64,000 nucleotides of DNA, taken from positions 806,001 to 870,000 of the forward strand of contig LSRY02000032.1 of the NCBI GenBank assembly GCA_001643675.2, written 5' to 3'. The position numbers were made by a program, and so were the translations under genes. This document shows positions 51,454 to 62,852 of this stretch, in pieces. The notes below the pieces were generated by a model. It worked only from the letters and a program-made list of their open reading frames with translations, was not told where the DNA came from and searched no databases. Within the stretch, counting starts at the first letter, position 1. Each line of letters begins with the position of its first letter. This DNA comes from Monocercomonoides exilis PA203. Its lineage: Eukaryota > Protista > Preaxostyla.

Positions 51454-54400
51454 CTATGCGCGGATGGCTGATCCTTTATATTGCATCAGTAACTCCTTCT
51501 CCAGCTGATTCATCTGTACAAGCAGTTCTCTGTGAAGCGTGTCGTGAATGTCTCTCTCTGCCTCATTCCACTCCTCTTCCACCTGATCTACTGACACCCT
51601 CTTCCTCTGACTGTCCTCTTCAACATACCGCAACCGTGACTCAATCTGAGCAAGCAGCGCATTGTGCCTGCTCCACTGCTTCTGCATGCTCTGAGACACT
51701 TCCAATGCCTTCTTGTTGAGAATCACCTCCAATGTCTGTACTCTCTTCTCCGCTGCATCGCTCCATCCAGCAAGCCCTTCTTTCCCTTCCTCGCGCTGTC
51801 TGCTGGCCAAATCCTCTGAATCCTCAAACTTCTGCTGGATTGATGCACGTGCCTTTTTCAGCGCATCTGCTTCGTCCTTCAGCATCGCCGAAACAGTCCT
51901 CTCTGTTGCTTCTTCAATGATGCGAGAGGCAAGTTCTGGTTGTGTGGTGATTTCTGCCTCCGCCTCATCCATCTGTTTCTGCAATGCATCAATTTCGTGT
52001 TGCACCGTGAGTACTGTTGTACTTGGTATCTGTTGGAAGGCTGATGAGCTGGCAGACGTTTGAGATGAATGTTTGTCCGCTGTTTCGTCATCCTTCTTTG
52101 GCTCTTCTTTCTCCATATCAAATAGGTCTTTGCAAACATCGTTTGCATAAAGTTGCTTGACTCTGTCTCTGATCGATTGCAATGCAACAGCCTCATCCTC
52201 CAACGCTCTGCTGAGCTCTTCCTCTTCCTCGCCCGCTTTCGTTAGTGTGTTCTTTGATTCATCCACAACCGACTGGATCTTATCAATTTTTGCCTGTTCT
52301 TCGTCTGTTCTTCCTGTTGCCTGTTCCACCGTCCGTTCTTCAGCGTCTTTCCCGCTCTGTATCATCCTCGCCTTTGAAGCCTCCACTTGCTCGTTCACCT
52401 CATCCTTCATTGTTTTGATTGCTTCCTCAGCCTTCAAGTTTTCTGTGCGCTGCAGCTCTTCCATAACTTTCTCTGCCTCTTCAAACAGAAGCGACATGAG
52501 CTCTTCGTGCTGCAGACGTGCTGGTATCTTTGTGAAGAATCGTGTTGCATTCATTGGATTCAGCACCGCATCGTGAAGAGCATTTGATTCAATATTGCTG
52601 GATTTTGGCTGCTGCTCTTCTGATCCATACATCATATCCTCGCTGGGAGAGCTGGATGAAGATGGGAACATCAGATCGGTTGAGGATGAAGGTGCGAGTG
52701 TTATGTTTTCTCGTTCCATTTCTTTTGTTTCGTCTTCAGTTGAAGCAAATGGATCCATTTCGCGTGGAGCAGCATCCTCTGAATAGCCAGAACTGTGCTG
52801 CACTGAAGGTTCCGAAGAAGACAAAGAAGAAAGAAGATTCTCTTGTGACTGAGCTATCTTGGAGGAAGAAGACGATTTTTCTTGTCTCTTTTTTTGATAT
52901 GTGTATCGTTGAGCCAATGAAAGGAATGGTGCAGGTGGCACAACATGTGGCTCAGCTGCAGGAAGAGAAGAAGGACGGATTGAAATGACAGACACACCAT
53001 CTCTTTCTTCTTCAGCTGCAGAATCTTCTGACAAAGCATCAAAGTCATCGAGCTCTGAATCTACTTCATCTTCGTCCTCCACATCTTCGTCACTATCTTC
53101 TGCCATTTCAGTATGCTCCTCAACATCTTCCTCATGTTCTGCATCTCCACTTGTCGGAAACAGATCTTCGTTGTCTTCCACGCCTGTGTCTCTCATCTGA
53201 CGCAGCGTCTTCTTCTTTCTCGCTGCTCGTCTTCTCTTCGCTCGCTCCTTCGGCGTCTCAAACAGCATCATCATTTCCTTGTTGGCTTCTTTGATCTCTT
53301 CCTGTGTGAGCGCTGCTGTCAGATATTTCTGGGTCATCTCGATTTCTTTCAGAAGGCGTTTCTCTTCTTTCTCGCCAAGCTCTGCTTTTTTAGTTGTTTC
53401 ATTTCCTAATTTCTGTGACTCTTCCAGCATTTCTTTTCTCTTTTGTTCCTTTTGCAGCAATTCATCCAATCTTTTGTTTACTGTTTTCATCCTTTGAAGC
53501 ATCAGCTTCAGCTCATCTTCCTTCTGATCCAATTTTCGGGTCAATGCGGAGTTAATCAGAGCTGATGCTGATGTTGCTGTTGCAGGTGCAGTTTTTTCTT
53601 TTCCTTCGGCTTGTCCTTCTTTGCTTCTTCCCAACCCTTTTTCAATAGTTTGTCTGTTCAACTCTTCCAGTTGCTTCTTTTGTTCCTTTGCCTTTTGCGA
53701 TGATTCCTCGCCAAGCTCATTCTCCTTCTTCATCAGCTCTTCCACTCCATTTCGCACAGTCTCCATCTTCTCTCTAAGCACCGCAGCTCTTTCATCTTCT
53801 GCGGCATCCACTTTCTGTTGCGTTTCTGCCGCCTTTTCTAATTGATTTTCTCCTTTTCTCTTCATCCGCTCAACACCCCTTGACACATTCTCCTCCACTG
53901 CCTCTTCAACTGCGCTTTCTGCAATCGCTTTGACCTCCTCTGCCAGAGCATTGATCGTTGTAACTGCTTCTTCCTCCTCTGCCTTTTCTTTCTTTTCGTC
54001 TTCATGCATTTTCTCTTTTTCAATCGCCTCAATCTGCTCCAGCTGCTCCAAACGTCGTTTCTGAGTATTATCCGCTTTCTCCTTTGCGGCTGTGTACACT
54101 TCCTTCTCTCTGTTCTTCAGCTTCTCTTCGTTCTCCTTCATGAGTGTTCTGATCTGTGCAGCTAGCTCATTCACCAGCCTCATCTCCTCGTTGATCTTCT
54201 GATCCTGTTGCAGCGTCCCTTTCTTCAGCTCCTCGTTCACTGCATTCTGCATTCCCCACCGCTTCATCTCGAAGTCCCGCAGCAGATTCAGAGAGAGTCT
54301 TAATTGTTCCAATGACGACTCTGCTTCCTTGACTGTCTCCTTTGTCTGCAGTGAATCTTCTGTGCCATCTGCCTTCAGCTCCTTCATCTCCGCGCCTATC

Positions 54401-56123
54401 TCTTTCATGTCCTCCTCTGCCTGATCAAGCTCTTCTCTCAGTCGTTTCAGTTCAGATTTGATAAACGCTGTCTCTTCGTCGTCTTCTTCTCCCAGTGTCA
54501 GTCCTGTCACCGACACCAAATCATTCATGTCCTTCTCTGCCTGTGCTCCATCTGCAGACTGCAGCGTAAGCACCCACATGTCTGTGCGGGGAATTGTCGA
54601 TTCATAGCCAACTCCGCCAAATAGCAGAATGTGATGCTCTGTCAGCGCAAACGCAATCTGCTCACATCGAGCGACGGGCATTGGATATTTCAGGATTTCT
54701 GTGCCGTCTGGCGCAAATGTGACTGTTTGTGCACCTGGTGCAAGACTCTTACCTGACCCTCCTTTCGCTCCTCGGCTTCCAGCCAGGCTTCTTGACGTGG
54801 TGCCACCCATGTTTCTACTTGTGCGTGAACGATAAAGCCGTGTCCAGATGCGTGTCGTGGTGTTGAACTCCCACAAATCGTCCTTTGCTGCTCCAACTGT
54901 GTAGCCACCGAAAATCAGCAGTCTGTCTCCGACGGCAAATGCTGAATGGCCTGAGCGCGGAGAAGGGCACGTGGCATCGCTTCCGCTGCGACGTGTGCGC
55001 GACGCAGCTGCGACTGAATGCAGACTTCGTGGAGAAAGATATTGAAAACCGCCTGACGAAGGATCGGATTGATCTTCCTCTGCTGCTTTTTCTTTCTTTG
55101 CTGGCTCTATCTTTGTCCAACAAAGTGTCAGTGGGTTCAGCTCCCACAAGTCGTTCAAATGCTGATCATCACCAAATCCTCCAAAAACGTAGATGGAAGA
55201 GCCAACAAGCGTCATTGAGTGGCCGGCACGGGGGCAAGGAACCTCTTCTGATCTGCTTGGAAGTGCAAGCCATTTCAACGATACGGTATCAAACATGTAC
55301 AAATCATTGAAGAAGTGAGGCTTTCCTTCATCTCCTTTTTTAGTTGCAGTAGATTTGTGCATATCTGTTTGATTTTGACTGAAAGTTGTTCTATCTTCTG
55401 CATCATCAGCACCTGAGTACAAATCTTCTCCACCAAAAATTAACATTTTATTTCCAAACGATATTGCTGCATGACGTGTTCTTGGTGCGGGAAGCATCGC
55501 TGGAGATGAAGTGATTGGCACAATCGTCCACTTTTCATGTTCCAAATCAAATGCGTGAAGATCATTCATGCATGTCTCTCCATTATCTCCACCAAAAATA
55601 AGCATATCAGCACCTTGAATAACTGCAGAATGACCACATCTTTGTAGTGGGCTTATGGAATCCGGAACAACTCGATGCCACTTTGTCGTAGCTTTTTAAA
55701 ATTTTAAAATTCAAAATAAACAAATGGTTATTTTAAAAATAAATAATAAATAAAACCTGTATGGAACAGCCATATATCATTCATTCTTGTTTTTTGATTT
55801 ATGCCTCCGAACATTATCATTACAGGTCCGCATAGAGTGAAAGACTGACCAATTCTTGGAGTCGGTTTTTCTCCAACATATTTCACACGAATCCAATCAG
55901 GGTTTCCTAAAAATGTTAATTACAACAAAATAAAGTGTACAAAAAAGTTTGATGAAATAAAAAAATTAATTCATTTCATGAAAAACAAAACATTCACAAA
56001 ATTAAATATTTGTCATAATTTTGAATAATATCAAATACCTTTTGATGTTACAATTTTTGCTATATCTACAATGTCAGAGCGCTTGTTTTGTTTTTTGATC
56101 GTGCCTGAAAGAGACGGTGACAT
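51454..56123 (-). CDS. N-terminal kelch beta-propeller + long C-terminal coiled-coil protein (Kel1/Tea1-like architecture), ~1,490 aa
   Basis: Exons 56123-56039, 55906-55757 and 55691-51454 join in frame. Six kelch repeats (PTPRIGQSFT..MFGG, QRCGHSAV..IFGG, PAPRTRHAA..IFGG, PCPRAGHSM..VFGG, PSPRSGHSA..IFGG, PVARCEQ..LFGG), then an E/K-rich coiled-coil-like region. Confidence 0.85.
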
Positions 56124-56221
56124 TCAAACAATGAAATTGATGATAATATGAGATGAACAATGGGCTATAACCATAAATCATTTCATATAAAGAAAAGTTA
56201 GCTTTTTTGACTGATACAGCA
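56124..56221. promoter_or_regulatory. Putative bidirectional promoter (kelch protein / Rlp7-like)
   Basis: Only 98 bp between the modelled divergent ATGs. Confidence 0.5.
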
Positions 56222-57063
56222 ATGCCACAGAAAAAAAAAGGATTGCCAACCGTGTCCGAAGTTCGTTTGAAGAGAAGGAAAATCATGGATCAACGGAATT
56301 TGACAAGTCAGAACATAAAACTTCGCCCGAGAAAACAACTTGAAATTTTTCACCATGCCGAAGATTTTGTAAAGCAGCATCGAGCAGTCGAGCGTTCAGT
56401 TGTTCATCGTCGAAAAGTGAAAAAGAATTTTGTTTCTTTGAAAAGAAAAAACGACAAATCTGTGAATGTTTACTTTGTAATGCTTTATCAAAGGTACTTT
56501 TTCTATTCACAAAATAATTTTATGGATGTTAAATAATTATTTGTTTTTAAATTGCTTTGTCACATTTTCTGTTCTGTCACTTTTTCAGGAGGGCAATAGC
56601 CATTGCAAAACATCAGAAAGCAATTCTGAAGGCTTTGAAATTGTCACGTCAAGGAGATTCTACCTTCGTTAAAAATACACCACAAAATAGAGTGATGCTT
56701 AAGAAAATTGAGCCATATGTCACATATGGAATACCAAAAATGAAGATGGTTCGCTCTTTAATCGAAAAGCATGGAATGACGTTGGAAGAAGATGTTCGTG
56801 TTCCGCTGAATGACAACTCAAAAATCGAAAAACATTTCATTGAAGTTGGAATTGATGATGGTTCAATTGTGTGCTTGGATGATTTGGTTCATGAAGTTGC
56901 TTCTGGAGGCCCTAACTTCGATAAGGTGATGGAATATCTGGAGCCATTTAAACTTACAAATCCAAGTGGATTCACAAAGAGTCTAACATTGTTCAAGGAC
57001 GGAGGATTTAGAGGAGACAGAGGAAAAAATATTAATGAGTTTTTACAGCAATGCATTGGGTAA
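56222..57063 (+). CDS. uL30/RPL7-family protein, probably the ribosome-biogenesis paralogue Rlp7/RPL7L1, 248 aa
   Basis: Exons 56222-56493 and 56589-57063. Motifs FHHAEDFVKQHR, MLKKIEPYVTYGIP, VRSLIEKHG, LNDNSKIEKH, IVCLDDLVHEV, PFKLTNP and GDRGKNINEFL. The divergence from canonical RPL7 favours Rlp7, but this is not proven. Confidence 0.85.
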
Positions 57064-57800
57064 ATATCTTTCTATTCAGAATTATCCTCATTTCAACGAA
57101 TTTTTTTGAATTATTTTTCGTAACCACTTCATGAGATGCATTTCACAGGCCTCAAACAAAAAACATTTTTGGGGGATCATTTTGATTGAGAAATTTTTGT
57201 TCTTTTTTTTAATCTTTTAAAAAAGGTAATATTTTGAATCAGAATAAGCTGATGAAGTCGCATTCGATGCATTATTTCAGTTGATTTAGAATTTCAATGT
57301 TGAAAATAATTTAATTATTTTGAATTCCATATTTTTCGTCATCGATTTAAGTTTAAGTGAGTAAAACCAAACAGAAATTTGTTTTGTCAAATGAACAAAA
57401 ATTTCACTTATTTAAAAAAGGAATTTTGAAAGATGTTTTTCTATTCTTTTCTTTTTTTTCATTATTGTTTTTGAACGAAAATCACTGATTCAAATCATCA
57501 TTATCATTCCATCTAACTCGTTCAGTTTTTGTTGTATTTTAAAATTGATTTCTTTAAAAAAAAGGTTTTTTTCAATTTGTTTTCTAAAAAATTTTTATCT
57601 CATTTTATTTTACTTATTTGAAAGGAAAATAAGAATGCAATTGCATTTTGATAATAGCATAAATTCTTTGACAAAGCATTCAAAATTGTTGAAGCATTAA
57701 AATTGAAAAAAAAAAGTACCAGTAAGTCATGCTCAAAATCTAAAATCTAAGAAAAGCAAAAATGAGATGCAATCCTTCTTTCTAACACATAAAAACTCGC

Positions 57801-60092
57801 TCATTCTGCTGCTTTTTTCACACGTTTCCCAATCACATAATAACGTGTTGTTGCAACAATGTCCAGGTCAATCCACACGCCAAGTTTCTTCTGTTCAATA
57901 AGCTGTTTCCATAATGTAGCATCTGTGTCTTTCAATCCCTTTGCGCCTTCTTCGTCGTCGTTACCCACAATAATTCTTCCCTTCTTTGACTTCTTCACCT
58001 CCACTTCCTCTCCTTTTTCATCCTCTTTCTTTTCCTCTTCAGGTGACTGCCCAGGCTCTGATTCTAACTTTCTCTGCTTTTCTTCTTCGCGCTCTTCGTG
58101 TGTCAGCATACGAGCTCTTTGTGAAGACTTCTCAAGAGAAGAGAATGAAGAAAGCACCTTCTTTGTTTCTTTCTCGGAACCATCTTCTTCTTTTGCTTCA
58201 CCTTTCTCTTTATCTTTTGTGGTATCCTTTGAATCTTCAACTGCTAAAGCCTCAGCAAGCATCTTCTCTTCCTCCTCTTCATTTGCAGCAATGATCACTT
58301 TGATGTAATTCCTCAGATGGCCAATCAGCCACATTCCGTCTTCAGACACATCGATAAACAAAGCAGACTCATTCTTCTTCCCTTTGAGCGGGGCAAGTGG
58401 GTCTCTCCCTTTCATCAGCAGCGTCAGCTTCCGAGACCTCTGCTTCACCACGTCTGTCGGCACACGCTGCATGTCAAATGCTGGCGTCCCTTTGCGTGGG
58501 TACATTTGTGTGATGTTCATGAACGGAAACTCGCATTCTCTTACCAAATCCAGCGTCTTCTCAAAGTCCTCGTCGCTTTCTTCGGGATGTCCGCAAATGA
58601 TGTCTGTGAGGATGGTGATGGTTGGATCTTCTCTGCGCAAAGTCTTCACCACAGTTCGAAACTGCTCGACGGTGTACGGACGCCGCATTGAGCGCAGAGT
58701 GGCATCAGACCCGCACTGGACAGGGATGTGGGCAAACTTGTATACGTTTGGCTGCTTCATGAGCGATACAAAGCCGTCGAGATCGCGATAAAAGTGATTA
58801 GGATTGGTCTGGCCAATTCGAATCATTACATCTGACGGCACACGCTTGCACATCTCAGAAACAAGACGGGGGAGGGTCCATTTTTCTTTGAATTGCGAAG
58901 AAGAGGAAGATGAGGGAGAAGATGAGCATGAAGATGAAGATGAAGCAGAACTATCAGATGGAGCAGAAGAAGACGATAGGAAAGCGTCTTTGTCTGAGTC
59001 CGCTTCTTTATCATTCTCATCGGAAGCGTTCCCAAGAAGCCTGTTTAAGTCTGTCCCATATGCACCAACATCTTCTCCTGTGAGCCATATCTCTTTGACG
59101 CCTTCTTTGGTTACTTTTTCCACATAATTGATGAGATCTTGAGGAGGATAGCTCAATGAGGAGGGAAAAAAAAGAAAGAAAGAAAGAAAGATATTGGGAA
59201 AGAAGAGAATATTAATGCTACATATGCAATAATAACATTGTGGCAATACCTTTGGTGCTTTCCTCTTGCAAATCTTGTTTTACAGAAAGCGCATGCACCA
59301 TCACATCCAACAGAAACACATACTATTTCCAGAAGCGGATTTCTTCTTTTTTTAGGAAGAGAAAGAGGTGGTAATGTTTTTGGATCAGGATTAATTGGCG
59401 GAACAGTAAAAGATGGTATGATCGTGTTTGGATCATCTTTTACATGATCAAATTTATCTTTAAATTTTTAATTTTAACATTTGAATAAGTTTAGGAAAAG
59501 CATAAAATAAAGCCTAATCTTGAAAGGAAAAATAAAATGTTAAGCACAAACCTGGATGATATCCTTTATGGCCAATTTTCCTCCTTTCTGCTTTTGAGAG
59601 AGGCTTTGCTACAGTTGGCACAAGCCTCATCACTTTTCCTTCTTGAAGTGCTTGAACAACTTCAACAATTCGAGCAAGTTCCCTCACGCCAATAAGTGAA
59701 ACTTCGTTTGGAATTTTTGGATTGTTGGGATCTGCTTGAGACACACAGCCTGCACCAACCGTCATTTTTTTGAGTCGAGAAGCTCGAATAAGGGAATTCA
59801 AATAAGAATCTTCACTTGGATTTTTTACTGTGCATCCATAAATAACTACAATTGAAGCTTCCTCCATAGTTGGAACGAAATGATACCCTGCTTCTTGCAG
59901 TAATCCAGCGATATATTCGCCATCACTGTTTGCATGAGAACATCCAAAAACTTTGACAAAAACAGAAGGAAACTCAGTTTTTTCATTTAGAGATTGCTTG
60001 GGGAGAATTGCTGTGCTTGAAATTTGAGAAGCTTTCGTTTCAATTGAAGAAGAAACTTGTAAATCTTCAATATCTTCATTATTGTGACTCAT
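57801..60092 (-). CDS. CDKAL1: tRNA t6A37 methylthiotransferase CDKAL1 / e-MtaB (radical SAM), ~699 aa
   Basis: Exons 60092-59552, 59457-59250 and 59151-57801 join in frame. UPF0004 cysteines (FGCSHANSDGEY, GCTVKNPSE, GAGCVSQ), LSLPKKRRNPLLEI, radical-SAM GCDGACAFCKTRFARG, EIWLTGEDVGAYGTD, HIPVQCGSD, TDIICGHPEE, and a split TRAM domain. Confidence 0.93.
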
Positions 60093-61383
60093 TCTGAAAT
60101 ATAATCCAAAGAAAATGCATTTATCGAGAAAAAAATGTAATTTTCAAGTGTGTATGTATTAAACGAAAGCATTAACTTCAAACTTTAGAAGAAAAAATTC
60201 CAATACCTTTTTTATCACTAATTTTTTATATTATGGTTGTATTTCCTTTTTTTCTGGACAATTTCTTTTGATATCATTTTGACAAAGAAAAACGATGGAG
60301 AAAATTATTATTATTATTTCGACAATGTATGTTGTGCAAATTTTGCTAACTTCATGAGATTTGTGAAACAATTCTTTCAAATTTTTTATATTTTTCTATT
60401 AATATGGCTGATCCTTTTTGAAAGCATGCTTTCGTTCGAGTTTTTATCAAAATTTCAATCTCAGTGGGATTTTGAAAAATTGAACTCAACTGATAATACA
60501 CGTAGTTTAAGATGTTGTTATTACAGAAACAAAAATTTTACAATAATTCCATTGAGATTGAAATTATTATCGAAACTCGAACATAAGGATGATTTCAAAA
60601 AGGATCAGCCATATCTTTAAAATTTCAATTTGGACAAAACAATAATTGGTTCTTTTTCAATTGTTGATGATGAATAAAATAATAGTGAGATACGAGAGAT
60701 CATTTTTGAAATTATAATTCTTTATTCAATAATTTTGCACTGAAAATTTTCCTTTGAATATAAATAAACAAATGCTTTAAAGATCTCATGTTTTTCAAAC
60801 GCATCTTTGTCTTTGTTTCAACAAAAACAAAGGTTGCTGAGACAATTGTTATGTATTTAGTGTTTGAATACAAAATTTCTTGCAAAAGATAAACAACATC
60901 TTTTTTAAAAATTACTTTCCAATAAAATTTATAATATCATAAATAATAACCCATTGAAAATAATTTTTAAACTGTTTGATTTATTTATTCCTTAAAAATG
61001 TGAAATAATATTTCTAAAATATTTTTATCTTTAAAAAAACAGTTCATTTCAACGTATTGTTAACAAATTGGAGGTATTGAGAGGACATCGGATCTGATAA
61101 TCAATCTGATAAACATACATGTGTCATAGCAAAAATTTTTAACCAAATTGAAACCAGAATGCCTGATCTTTTGTTTTAAAAACTAGATTCATAAAAAATC
61201 TAATTATGATTGCACAAAGTTTTGTGATATCTGTATTTCACATTAATTCATCCCTCTTATCTTTGAACATACTTTTCATTTTCAAAATTCATCATTCATT
61301 TTATCCTTTCTCTTTTCCTTTTGACCTCTTAACATCCACTGCAATTTTTCCTCACCAAAGTTATAGACAAACAAAACGACATT

Positions 61384-62116
61384 GAAATACAGTCGAAACC
61401 GGATATTATCACATCGGTTTTTGCACAACTTTTTGTGACTATTTCCAGTTGTGATTATACACGATGATGCTTTACACTGAAAAAATTTAAATTAATTTTA
61501 TGAATAATTATTTTGGGTCGATTTTTAAATTTTTGGAAATTCTACACAAATACACTTTTTTCACTTGCTTGAACAATTTTGATCACAAATACACATTATT
61601 TTGACTTATTTGAACACATTTATGAAAAAGCGAAAAATTGTAATTTTTGATCAAAAAATTGATTTTTCATTGAAAAAATCACCCATAATATTAAAAAATG
61701 TGATTATATGGGGGGAAATATGGACTTTCAAGCTTTTAATGCACAAAGCATGAAAAAATTGTTTCACTTATAACGTTATTCAACTTTATCAGATTTCAAA
61801 ATAAATTTGATTCTCTTTATTGAAAACAAACATCATTGATGTTATCGCAAAATGTTTTGTGACCTCACATGTATTTCTAAAAATAAACTCACTTATTTCA
61901 CATTTTTTAATTACAAAAAGTCATCAAAAAGTGCATAATTTTTCAATAAAAATGCCTGAAGCCAAATATTTTGTCCCATATATTTTTCAACCCTGTGATT
62001 TTATGCGATGAAAAATGAATGAAAAAATTGACAAAAATGTCGGTGCATGGAAAAATGTAACTATAAACGAATGTGATTATATTCGACGTGATTATATCCG
62101 GTTTAGACTGTACATC
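61384..62116. repeat. Degenerate inverted-repeat pair (33 bp, 28/33 identity) enclosing further short direct and inverted repeats
   Basis: The reverse complement of 61384-61416 (CGATGTGATAATATCCGGTTTCGACTGTATTTC) matches 62084-62116 (CGACGTGATTATATCCGGTTTAGACTGTACATC). An inner 14-bp inverted pair lies at 61690-61703 / 61898-61911. Confidence 0.55.
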
Positions 62117-62548
62117 TTTCATTCTGAAAATATCTTCATCTATGACTTCATCACAATCCGATCGCTTTGATATAACACGGAGTGAATGCAAAAACAATCT
62201 CATTATTTCACTTTGATATTTCAGAATTCGGGAATTTGCAAATCATAAGATAAGATAATCTAAAATCAAATCCAGTTTGGTGAAGAACAAGAAAAGAATG
62301 ATGGATTTGATGATGAAAGTTTCAATCAGTGCTTCACGCATATGAATGAGATGGAAGCTGTTTCAAAATCATACTGAAAGCCAATTTCGGGAATTTGTTT
62401 GAGACAACAAGTCAAAATGTTGTAATTTTTTGAAAGGTTTCGATGAGTTTTTCGTATTTGATGAAGTGTCTAATCAAGGAGAATGGTTGATAATGACAAA
62501 GAATTGAAAACAAAAGAAATGGAAGTCATCAATGAAAAAGACAATTTT

Positions 62549-62852
62549 ATGTCGTAATATTTTTTGAAAAGTTCCTTTTGTTTAATTTTCAAACAGAATA
62601 AAAATTACATGTCTAAATTTTTTTGAAAAGTTCTTTTTGTTTAATTTTCAAATAGAATAAATATTTCTTATTTCGATCAAATTTCTGTTTCCACTAACCA
62701 TATTTTGCTGTAATAAAAACAAAATCTTGACAATGTTTTTATTTCCATTTGAGTGAAGTTTCGTTCGTTGGAACATAAATTTGATCGAAATTTGAAATTT
62801 TTTCTTTATTTGAAAATTAAACAAATGGAACTTTTCAAAAAAATATTGACTT
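62549..62852. mobile_element. Fold-back / MITE-like element (family B) with a tandemly duplicated left end
   Basis: ~62609-62700 is the imperfect reverse complement of 62761-62852 (TTTTGAAAAGTTC..TTTGTTTAATTTTCAAATA...ATTTCGATCAAATTT.TGTT). ~62549-62608 is a ~59-bp tandem copy of the left terminus. Confidence 0.65.

Noticed and set aside
56137-56214. TGATGA ... CTGA spacing resembling a box C/D snoRNA
   Set aside because: No terminal stem or recognisable rRNA-complementary guide, and both boxes are common in AT-rich DNA. A snoscan/Infernal search would be needed.
1-60092. Functional gene cluster (DOCK, CH protein, kelch protein, VPS13 as a cytoskeleton/membrane module)
   Set aside because: The genes are interleaved with unrelated housekeeping genes, and nothing beyond chance adjacency supports a cluster.
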